Below are positions 1 to 9,342 of a DNA stretch of 64,000 nucleotides, piece after piece. The translations under genes were made by a program, and so were the position numbers. The stretch's first letter is position 1, and each line of letters opens with the position of its first letter. The DNA comes from Saprolegnia diclina VS20 (taxonomy: Eukaryota). The notes below the pieces were generated by a model that was not told where the DNA came from, searched no databases, and was given only the letters and a program-made list of their open reading frames with translations. Location: the NCBI RefSeq assembly GCF_000281045.1, contig NW_008246068.1:145606-209605 (forward strand). The letters are read 5' to 3'.

Positions 1-390
1 GTGCGCATGCCTCGACACGGACTTCCATTCCAAGAACCCGCGCTCCTCTCTCAAAACGACGTTACGACCGGGAAGCTCCTCGTGTTTGTGGATGCGACCG
101 CGCAATGGTGTGCCGCGGACGTCGAGCGCGACCTAGAGCACCTGAGCGCGCTGACTTTGACGCCAAAGGCAGACCACGATGAGCCGGACAGTGAAGCACC
201 GCCCCGTGTTGCCGAACTCTCGCCTCGGTGTCCGTCCGAGGGCTCGACCGTGGATGAACACGACGACGAATGCGGAAATGGCATCGACGCGACGACACTC
301 AACGACACAAACCCCCACAAATCCCGCGCTTTGACAATGTTTGAAGACAACGAGTACCACGAAGGGCGCGGTGCAAGTTTGAATGTATAA
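1..390 (+). CDS. Possible 3' end of a gene starting before the window (hypothetical protein, acidic tail)
   Basis: Open frame from base 1 to TAA at 388-390 with coding-like GC3 bias, followed by more AT-rich sequence; no recognisable domain. Confidence 0.3.
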   Translation: MRMPRHGLPFQEPALLSQNDVTTGKLLVFVDATAQWCAADVERDLEHLSALTLTPKADHDEPDSEAPPRVAELSPRCPSEGSTVDEHDDECGNGIDATTLNDTNPHKSRALTMFEDNEYHEGRGASLNV

Positions 391-1053
391 TGGCTCTTAT
401 AGAACCAAGTTTTGACTCGTTATACAAGTGCAAAAGTGTGGACGCCCACTGGCTCAACTACCGAATCCCGTTTGCAGGTTGTCTTGCGATGGTCCTCCAG
501 CCGACGCAAACTCCTGGCGCAGTATCAGCAGCGGCACCTAGGTCGTAAAAACATTGCCCGCGATTTATGTTTCTCCTCAGTTGAAACAAATTCTTGCCGT
601 TGACAGCCCCGTGCGTTGACATGCAGTCTCTCTTAAGCTAGAAAATGCGCCCCAAAAATATCAAGCCAATTTAAGAAGATCGCAAACGTCGTTTCGATTT
701 GCGATCGACAAGTCTCACGCCTGCCACCGCTCGCTCCACAAGAGCCCTTGTCTCCTTGGCTCACATCATTGACGAGGAATGCAGCTGGTGGTCTTGCCGC
801 CGAGTGCAGCCACGACACGATCCTTAGAATGACATGGACGACTGCATGGACGATCACAAGCTTCAAGCCAGGACTGCCAGCTCTGTCCTTGTTTTCTCGA
901 ACGCGTATCGGGCGCCTGATCGGTCGCTTCCCATCTCTGGCCACATTGCACGCGGTTGCGTCATATGGTGATCATGCCTGCGATGAACAAACAATTCGTC
1001 CGCATATATGTCCATCCTCCGGATAAAAATACGCTTTCATGGTACTCGGACCG

Positions 1054-1115
1054 TGGAATTCGCTTGCATGAGTACATAGATGCTTGGAATTCGCTTGCAC
1101 GAGTACAAAGATACT
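1054..1115. repeat. 31-bp tandem duplication upstream of the first C2-kinase
   Basis: tggaattcgcttgcatgagtacatagatgct is followed directly by tggaattcgcttgcacgagtacaaagatact (3 mismatches). Confidence 0.85.
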
Positions 1116-1243
1116 GGGTCGGATGGCAATGTGGATGCGGGAAACAATCCACTGCACGATCCCGCAGTCGATCCGGTCGGCAGCAGCTTCGTGTGGCCAC
1201 CACTTTACAACTGCCCGGACGCCGCCCACGTCCAGTACTTAGT

Positions 1244-3322
1244 ATGCTCGTGAGAGTCCACGTCGTCGAGGCCAAGGACCTCGAGAGCAACAAGATGTTC
1301 CGCAGCGTCAACCATGCCTACGCCTACCTCTACTACGCGGGCAAAAAGGTCACGTCCGACGTCGCCCACAAGCAGAAGAACGCGCCACGCTGGGGCCTCA
1401 AGAAGCGCTTCACCAAAATCGACCCGGCGACCGACAGCAAGGTTCGCATCGACGTCTTCGACCAAGGCCAGTGGGGCCGCAGCGAGATGTTCATCGGCTT
1501 TTGCGAGGTCGCGGTGCCCGCGCGGCCCAAGCGCGTCGAATCGTGGGTGCCGATCACACTCGAGAACGCCACAACGGGCAGCGTTCTCGTGCACATCGAC
1601 TGCGTTGCCGAGCAGAGCGAGGTCGCGCCACCGCGAGTGGCCCCGTACTTGCTCCCGATGCGCCGCACGAGCTCTCTCAGCGACACGTTTCTGCAGCTCG
1701 CAGCAGACCTCCCCGAGACGGTGCCGCGCATTGAGCCGACCGAGCTACGCAGGTGCCTCAACCTCGGCAGCGGCGCCTTTGGCAGCGTGCACAGCGGCAG
1801 CTACAAGGACTTGACGGTGGCTGTCAAGACGTTTCACACCAAGAGCGGCAACGAGATCGAGACGTTCAAGAAGGAAGTCAACGTCATGGCCAGTCTCGAC
1901 TCGACGCATACGGTGCAGCTCCTCGGTATCTCGCACGCCGAGTACGACCAGCCGCAGATCGTGATGGAGTACATGGACGGCGGCAACCTCGATGCGCACA
2001 TCCAGTCGCTCGCCACGGCGCCAGAACACGACGTGGGCAACGTGCTGCCTCTCGCCTGCGACATCGCCAAAGGCCTCGCGTACCTGCACGCCAACAAGAT
2101 CATCCACCGCGATCTCAAACCGGCCAACGTGCTACTCAGCGCCGACAAGAGAGTGGTCAAGCTCGGCGACTTTGGCATCTCGCGCGAAGAAGACGTCGAA
2201 GAGTCGATGACCAACGGCGTCGGCACGACGCTATGGATGGCGCCCGAGGTCATGCAAGGCGGCCGGTACTCGGTCGCGGCCGACATGTACGCATTTGGCG
2301 TCATTCTCACCGAGCTCGAGACGCTGCAAAGACCGTATGCGGGCCAAAGGTGCAACCAGTACTTGCTGCAAAGCCAGATCATCCAAGGGCTTCGGCCAAC
2401 GACGAGCGCTCACTGCCCGTCATGGTACGCGCGGCTGGCGCAGGCTTGCATGCAAGCTGATACGACCAAGCGGCCATCGGCCAACGCTGCCGTCAGCATC
2501 CTCGAGGCCCACATGTCGCCGCCCTGCTTTCAACCGATTCCCGAGGAGCTGCTACGTGACATTGTCCCGTTCACGTCCAGCAAGAGCGGCGTGCTTGGTC
2601 GTGCGACGCTCGCGCTCCGCCCCGTTGTCCTCAAGTCGTTTCCATATATGAATCCGGATGTCTTTGAGGCGACCGTGGACGTCATGACGGCAGTCGCGTC
2701 ACCTCACACTGTGCCTCTTCTCGGCACGACGTCTCTCTCCAACACGACCATCTTTGGTCTTGCGTCGCCTTGCGTGCTCGTCATGGGTCACATGGGTGGC
2801 GGCAACCTCCACACGTGGCTCAAGCAGCGCGCCAACGCCGACTTCCTTGATACGGCGCTGGCACTCGCCGAGGCTCTGGCGTTCTTGCATGAGAAGAAGG
2901 TGGTGCACGGCAACCTCACGCCGTCGAATGTCCTCTTTGATGCTACCGGCATCCCCAAGCTTGCCGACTTTGGCTACGTGCGCGACGAAGACATGATGAC
3001 GACCAATGGCGGCAGTGCCACGCATTGGATGGCGCCTGAGATCTTCCACGGCAGTTTGCCGTCGACCGCGTCAGACGTCTACTCGCTCGGTGTGCTCTTG
3101 ACGCAGCTCGAGACGGGCCACGAGCCGTACTGGGACTTCCGAGGAAATCTCCAGCGCCGCGTCGCACAGATCGTGACAGGCGCGCTGCGGCCGTCGCTGA
3201 GTGCGTCGTGCCCGCACTGGTATCGTGAGCTGGCGCTAAAGTGCATGGCCGGAGAAGCGATGCGTCGCCCGTCCGCAGCCGAAGTTGTGGACGAGCTCGT
3301 CAAATATATGGCGACGCCCTAG
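1244..3322 (+). CDS. C2 domain + TKL protein kinase + second, degenerate (pseudo)kinase domain
   Basis: Start taken at ATG 1244 (MLVRVHVVEAKDL, C2-like, with DVFDQGQWGRSEMFIG). Kinase 1: LGSGAFGSV, VAVK, HRDLKPAN, DFG, WMAPE. Kinase 2: no Gly-loop, VVLK, HGNLTPSN, DFG, WMAPE. Intronless. Confidence 0.92.
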   Translation: MLVRVHVVEAKDLESNKMFRSVNHAYAYLYYAGKKVTSDVAHKQKNAPRWGLKKRFTKIDPATDSKVRIDVFDQGQWGRSEMFIGFCEVAVPARPKRVESWVPITLENATTGSVLVHIDCVAEQSEVAPPRVAPYLLPMRRTSSLSDTFLQLAADLPETVPRIEPTELRRCLNLGSGAFGSVHSGSYKDLTVAVKTFHTKSGNEIETFKKEVNVMASLDSTHTVQLLGISHAEYDQPQIVMEYMDGGNLDAHIQSLATAPEHDVGNVLPLACDIAKGLAYLHANKIIHRDLKPANVLLSADKRVVKLGDFGISREEDVEESMTNGVGTTLWMAPEVMQGGRYSVAADMYAFGVILTELETLQRPYAGQRCNQYLLQSQIIQGLRPTTSAHCPSWYARLAQACMQADTTKRPSANAAVSILEAHMSPPCFQPIPEELLRDIVPFTSSKSGVLGRATLALRPVVLKSFPYMNPDVFEATVDVMTAVASPHTVPLLGTTSLSNTTIFGLASPCVLVMGHMGGGNLHTWLKQRANADFLDTALALAEALAFLHEKKVVHGNLTPSNVLFDATGIPKLADFGYVRDEDMMTTNGGSATHWMAPEIFHGSLPSTASDVYSLGVLLTQLETGHEPYWDFRGNLQRRVAQIVTGALRPSLSASCPHWYRELALKCMAGEAMRRPSAAEVVDELVKYMATP

Positions 3323-3810
3323 TTGTTGTACGTATTAATATGTGATCATCTTAGTCTCTTGGGGCGTTCGATCGGTGCCGCCGAGACGCATAGGTGGTAA
3401 GCACTTGGACTTCAGTGCAAATATTTTCTGTACATACCAATGAGAATGCAGATGTTAACTTCATTTTGTCCAATCAAAGGGTCAAGAAACAGATAAGTTG
3501 ATTGACCCAAGAGCGCACGCACACAGCAGACAACAAGTTTCGCCCACAAGATAGCAAAATGGCTAGAGTGGTTATAAAAGTTAGTAGCATAGTCGATCTA
3601 TGCGTCGTTTGCGAGGAAACAGCGAAACACGAAATATGAGCTTGCTCGAACAATTATAGGCACTCACAAAGAGTTCATGCAAATTCAACGGCTCTGTCTC
3701 GAGTGGAATTGGCTTGTCTCGAACGCTCGGACATTCATCTGGATTCACTCAAAGATAGTCAAATTCAATCACGTCGCATAGTGAGCCCAACAATCACTTG
3801 GAACGACCCA

Positions 3811-4548
3811 ATGGAAAACCCAGCCAACGACGACAGCGGCCTCACCGAGACGCTCCGCAAGCGATCGAGGCCTCCATGCACCTCCAAGGCGTGATTGTCG
3901 ACAACAACGCTACGCACGGCCCCGAGAAGACACTGGCGTCTTTTGACGGCATCTTTGACACTATTTTGGTCAAGGCGCGCAAGGCCAAGCCGCCGCTCGC
4001 CACGCAAGTGCCACACTTCGAATATGCCGTCATCTACGGTAGCGGTGTCTTCACCCCCGATGAGCTTCGACTCTTGACCAGCGACGACAAGGAGGCGTCG
4101 GACCTCGGAGGTGTGTGGCGGCGACCATCGAGCCACGCAGCGGGGTGCCGAGGCGTCGCGTGAGTGCGCCGTGCGCGAACACGTGTCCAACAGCCTCGCC
4201 GAGGTGGACCGCTACGTGGACCATGCGGCGCTCTCGTGTGTGATGGACACCAAGTACCTTGTCAACTCCATGCAGTTGAAGCCATCTGAGCTCAAGAGTG
4301 GCCTCCGCACGCTTGAATCGTCGCTCAAGGCCGGGCTTCAGCAGCGACAAGAGCGCTGGGACGCGGCCAACAGCGTCGTTGCCAAGTTTGAAGCGCACCG
4401 TCCGAGCATGCTTCGCTTTGCGCAAAGTGTCGCCGAGGGTCAAAAAGCCGCGCAGCTGCTCGGGACGACACTGAGCTTAGCCAAGCAATCGAAGCTGCTT
4501 GGCTTAGACATGAATAACGTCCTATGTTTCATGACAGTACTATTGTAG
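3811..4548 (+). pseudogene. Frame-disrupted or spliced hypothetical gene with helical/coiled-coil C-terminus
   Basis: Coding-like segments in three successive frames (3811-3894, ~3858-4110, ~4140-4548); a possible short gt..ag intron near 4111-4140; no domain recognised. Confidence 0.3.
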
Positions 4549-5004
4549 TATTTTCTTTGCGCCATCGATGTATGAGGCTACTGTTGTCAGAGCTCAACGC
4601 GAGGTGTGCGAGCAAGTGCGTCAGCAACGGGCAAGCGACGTATCCTCCACCTTCACTGTTACCAACTAAACGTCAAGATTCCTTCTCCAAGAGCAATTGA
4701 ATCTCCAATGCAGTAGATACTTTGCCGACACAATGACAGTGTCGAGCAGTTGCATCAAGATACTCGATGCAGTTGTGTGCTTGCGCTGGCTCGGGTACAG
4801 AATGTGACGTCGAGCGTTGCATCCTCCAGCAAGATTCCAAAATCCGGATCCGGCTCCAAGATATTCGCTTATCCAAGTACATGTACGACCTTTCCGCATG
4901 GCCAAGAGCAATATGAAACGGCCCACCCAGCTTATTTAAGCGAATTCGAAGCACCCCATCCGGATACCGCGCCTGATGTGGCAGTCGCCAAATTGCCGTG
5001 TACG

Positions 5005-6417
5005 ATGGACTTGGTCGTACGCGTGCCAGAGGCGAAGGACCTCAAGTCCCTCGACGCAATACGGGACGTCGTCCACCCCTACGTCTTTATCCGGTACGGC
5101 GGCCACACGAAGAAGTCGCTGGTCCACAAGAAGGGCAAAGACGCGCCGCGTTGGGACGTCGAAGCGCGGTTTGGCGCGATCGACTACATTCGACACCCCA
5201 ACATCTCACTCGAGGTGTACGACGAGGACCCGTGGGGTCGCGGCGATATGTTTCTCGGTGCTTGCGCCGTCCAAGTGCCCGTCGATACGATCGCGTTTGA
5301 GCGATGGCTGCCCATTTGGCACGGCGGCGAACCGACCGGCAGCCTCCTCATCCAATGCGACAGCTTCGACACGCTCGACGTCTGCGCCAACTACGTGCGT
5401 CCGTCCATGTCGCTCTCGCTCTCAGTGTCGAAGCGCGAGTCGATCTTTGATGGTGAGCTCGAGATGAGCAAGCCACGGTCGTTCTCGACGGCCACGACTG
5501 CCAACGGCGGCTCGTTCGACGATGTCGACGCGTCGGTGCTGAGCGCTGTGGACGTCGGCCGACCGCTTCTCAAGAAAGCTAGCACGTCGTCGACTTCATC
5601 CTCCTTGGCAGGCGACGCACTCGAGCTACCCCGCATTGACACGGACGAGCTCGTGCTCACGCTGCCGCTGGGCACCGGAGTCTATGGCTCTGTCGCGCAA
5701 GGCGTCTACCGCGGGAAAGACGTTGCGATCAAGACATTCCACCACACGAACGCGGGCACTGACTGCTTTGAGCATGCACTCGAGCTCCAAACCAAGCTCC
5801 GCTCCAAGTTCATTGTCCAGCTGTACGGCATCGGCTACACGCGCTGGGGCCAGCCACAGCTCGTCATGGAGTTTATGGAGGCCGGCAACTTGCACCAGTT
5901 TATCGATACGACGCATGCGTCACCGTGGTCCGCACGGCTTGTCTCGCGCGTGCTCGACGTCACGACCAGCGTCGCTAGAAGCGTCGCGTCCATCCATGGT
6001 CAAGGCGTCGGCCACTGCGATTTGCGTCCGTCCAACATCCTCCTCGACGAGAACGACCGCGTCAAGCTAAGCGACTTTGGCCTCCCGAGCGCAAGCGCGC
6101 CCGTGGGACTTGCTATTTACTGGACAGCCCCCGAGGTGCTGCAAGGCCAGGCGCCCTCGTTGGCCGCCGACGTCTACGCCCTCGGCGTCATTTTGACCGA
6201 GATGGAGACGCTCCAGCGACCATACAGCGACTTTCGAGGATCGCGGAGTCGGCTTTTGCCACACGTGAGCAATGGCTTGCTTCGACCGTCGCTGAGCGCC
6301 GTGTGTCCATCGTGGTACCGACAGCTAGCGACCGATTGCATGGCGCAGAACCCGGCGCAGCGCCCGTCGGCTGCTGATGCTGTCACAATTCTCGACACAT
6401 TCCTCTCATCCTACTGA
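5005..6417 (+). CDS. C2 domain + TKL protein kinase (non-RD, HCDLRPSN)
   Basis: ATG 5005 MDLVVRVPEAKDL..HPYVFIRY..EVYDEDPWGRGDMFLG (C2); Ser-rich linker; LGTGVYGSV, VAIK, HCDLRPSN, DFG, WTAPE. Paralogue of both neighbours. Confidence 0.9.
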   Translation: MDLVVRVPEAKDLKSLDAIRDVVHPYVFIRYGGHTKKSLVHKKGKDAPRWDVEARFGAIDYIRHPNISLEVYDEDPWGRGDMFLGACAVQVPVDTIAFERWLPIWHGGEPTGSLLIQCDSFDTLDVCANYVRPSMSLSLSVSKRESIFDGELEMSKPRSFSTATTANGGSFDDVDASVLSAVDVGRPLLKKASTSSTSSSLAGDALELPRIDTDELVLTLPLGTGVYGSVAQGVYRGKDVAIKTFHHTNAGTDCFEHALELQTKLRSKFIVQLYGIGYTRWGQPQLVMEFMEAGNLHQFIDTTHASPWSARLVSRVLDVTTSVARSVASIHGQGVGHCDLRPSNILLDENDRVKLSDFGLPSASAPVGLAIYWTAPEVLQGQAPSLAADVYALGVILTEMETLQRPYSDFRGSRSRLLPHVSNGLLRPSLSAVCPSWYRQLATDCMAQNPAQRPSAADAVTILDTFLSSY

Positions 6418-7122
6418 TCTTATCTACTAAGTTATTTGTGTGTTTTTTGTATATTGTCCATATCTTCTCGACAGGCGGCGTGCTTGGCATCGAATAAGTA
6501 AATAAGGTGCAGCACTAAGGTACGAAGGCTTGCACTTCCTTGCTCATGGTCACCGCCCCCGACAAACGTGGCATCCATTTTGTGATTAGCCGAGCTAAAG
6601 GATAGATGCACTTGGACGTCTGACACCGACAGGCACACCATCATTCATGACGGCAGCCCGAATCCTTGAGTCGTTGAGTCGTTGGTCGACATGCTTGCAG
6701 GTCGAGCTGGGTGCATTGCAGTGGCATGTCCTGGTTCGCCACGAGCCAGAGAATGATGGGAAGAAGGGCAGTGCACGCTGACCAACCCCGGTTGTTGCCG
6801 GCGCATTGGGGTCAGCGAGAAGGCGAATCTCGAGATTCCTTCAAGAAATGGGCGCATCCGGATAAAGATGCGCGTCGCTGAAAACCGTGTCCGAAATTCG
6901 CCTATATAGTATGCTGACCACTACACCGATTGTAGTTTGCATGGCATTAATGCGTTGTCATGACGGAATGCATCTTTTGGGCAATCAACATATTCCTAGC
7001 AAGCGAATAATGCGTCGTGAGTCGACCGACTGAAATGAAAAAGCTTGACGATGTACTCATCTGTGCGAACGTAGCGGCCACCATCCGGTCCACTTTGCCC
7101 ATTGCGAGGTCATTTCCCGAGC

Positions 7123-8499
7123 ATGGACTTGATCATCAAGGTGTCCCAGGCCCATGGCCTCGTCTCGCTCAAGAAGCTTCGCGCCGTGACGCACCCGTAC
7201 GTCTTCATTCGCCATGATCGCCACACGAAGAAGTCGCTCGTGCACAAGAAGGGCATGGCGGCGCCCGTGTGGAACGTCGAAGCGCGCTTCCTCGCCGTCG
7301 CGTACGCGCCTCCCATCGAGATCCACTTCGAGGTCTTTGACGAGGGCAAGTGGGGCCTTGGCGACATGCTCATCGGCACGACGGTGCTCACGCTGCCACC
7401 GGATGCGACGTTCCTCGAGGGCTGGTTCCCGATTTACGCCCACGACACCATGACGGGCCATGTCTTTGTGCGCTGTGACTGCCTTCGCCACGCGCCGCCA
7501 ACGCCCGAGACGAGCACACTGTCTGCGGTGCTTGTCGAGAAGCATCGGCCAAGCTTGACGTCGTCGTCGGAGGCAACCTTGCCGCTGCTGCAACGTGATG
7601 GGCTGCGCAGCCCGAAGCGCAGCAGCAGCTCGCTCTCGAGCGTTAGCTCGGTGGGCCCTCTGCTTTCGCATCGCGGGTCGCTCATCCCGCTTGACACGCC
7701 TTGGATCGAGCCAAGCGAGCTATTCGTGAGCGGCAACATTGGCACTGGAGCCTTTGGCGCTGTCGAGCGAGGCCGGTATCGCGACCACGACGTCGCCATC
7801 AAGACGTTCCACGCGAGTCTCTCGAGCGACAATACCGCCTTTGAGAAGGAGGTGCAGATCATGTACCGGCTCAACTCGGAGTATACAGTGCGGCTCTTTG
7901 GCATCTCGCAGACGGCGCGAGGCCAGCCAAGCATCGTGATGGAATTCATGGACGGCGGCAACCTCCGGCAGTACCTCGACGCGGCCAAGCGCCAGCCACA
8001 CCATGATGTGAACGCGATGCTCTTTATCGCGCTCGGTATTGCCAACGGACTGGTGTATTTGCACAAGCACCGTATTCTGCACCGCGACCTCAAGCCGCTC
8101 AACGTTCTTCTCAACAGCAAAGGCGAGGTCAAGCTCGCCGACTTTGGCATCTCGCGCGAAGATGCGACGACCAACATGACGGCCGGCATTGGCACGTGGC
8201 TCTGGATGGCGCCCGAGGTCTTTGACGACTGCGACTATGGCGTCGAAGCCGACATTTACTCGTTTGGCGTCATTCTCACCGAGCTCGACACGCTCCAGCG
8301 ACCGTATGTGGATGTCAAAGGCGGTCCGTTTCGACTCCAAGAGCAAATCCGCAATGGCACGCTGCGCCCGAGTATGCGCCACGATTGCCCAATGTGGTAC
8401 CAACAGCTGGCTGCCGACTGCATGGCGGCCGACCCCGTTGACCGACCGACGGCTGCCAAAGTGGCCAAGACGCTTCGCCAGCACATGGGCCGGCCTTGA
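7123..8499 (+). CDS. C2 domain + TKL protein kinase
   Basis: ATG 7123 MDLIIKVSQAHGL..HPYVFIRH (C2); IGTGAFGAV, VAIK, HRDLKPLN, DFG, GTWLWMAPE. Confidence 0.92.
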   Translation: MDLIIKVSQAHGLVSLKKLRAVTHPYVFIRHDRHTKKSLVHKKGMAAPVWNVEARFLAVAYAPPIEIHFEVFDEGKWGLGDMLIGTTVLTLPPDATFLEGWFPIYAHDTMTGHVFVRCDCLRHAPPTPETSTLSAVLVEKHRPSLTSSSEATLPLLQRDGLRSPKRSSSSLSSVSSVGPLLSHRGSLIPLDTPWIEPSELFVSGNIGTGAFGAVERGRYRDHDVAIKTFHASLSSDNTAFEKEVQIMYRLNSEYTVRLFGISQTARGQPSIVMEFMDGGNLRQYLDAAKRQPHHDVNAMLFIALGIANGLVYLHKHRILHRDLKPLNVLLNSKGEVKLADFGISREDATTNMTAGIGTWLWMAPEVFDDCDYGVEADIYSFGVILTELDTLQRPYVDVKGGPFRLQEQIRNGTLRPSMRHDCPMWYQQLAADCMAADPVDRPTAAKVAKTLRQHMGRP

Positions 8500-9342
8500 T
8501 ATAGTATTTACACGTCGGATGTGCTACTCGACGAGTTGCGACATCGTGGACTTCTCTTTAACGTTAAATGTCATGTTGAATCCGTCTGTCTGTATCAAAG
8601 AGAGGAGCTCCCATCACTGCAAGCCAACTGCCCAGCACGTCGTCGGCGTCTAAATATGGCATATGCCGAAATTAGAAGTGGATCCCGGCGGTGGGTAGCT
8701 CGTGCTACAGACCTCCTACGACGACGTCGCATAGCGTTTTGGGACCTCCAAAGCTTGCACTATCACCGTGCCAAAATGGAGCGACATTTTTTTCCCACTC
8801 GATTTGGCCGACCGAGTGCCAAACCTTCGGAAGGTGCGGCTTCAGCACGTCGGACGTGGTTTTGATTGGTCAAAATTTAGTAAAATAGGACCAATCAACG
8901 TTTTCTCGTCATCGCGTCGACGTTCGAGCTCGATGCGATGACATTGCACGCCGACCTCTAGACCGTGACGTGTGATCTCGTGGTCTTGAGGTCAACCGGA
9001 GGCTAGATCTTGCTCGGACACACACATTAAACCTGTAGATTCGGCCGGTCGGGCCCTCGATGGCACTTGACGTCTCGCTAGTGCAACCCCATCCCTTGTT
9101 GGTGCATCGCCATCACGTTCGTTCATTGATAAGATTACGGTCCATTCTTATTATAAGCATACCAACGACATCAACCCACAGTTTGGAGCAGCCTTGTTCG
9201 TTAGTTTCTGCAATTTAGGCCGTGTCGTAGCGGCTACACGCTTCGTGATGCCTCCATTTCACATCACAACAGTGTCCCGCAACTGTCCTCCTGGTGTAGA
9301 CTGTCTGAAGACAACGATAGAGAACTAGTGTATCATTTGTTA

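Noticed and set aside
1054..1115. Possible CRISPR-like repeats here and at 28046-28335
   Set aside because: Only two copies each, no unique spacers, no cas genes, eukaryotic context.
956..1243. N-terminal extensions of ORF-track calls (956, 4750, 12738, 15562, 61502 and others)
   Set aside because: They begin at non-ATG codons, run through promoter-like sequence and have no counterpart in paralogues; downstream ATGs fit better.
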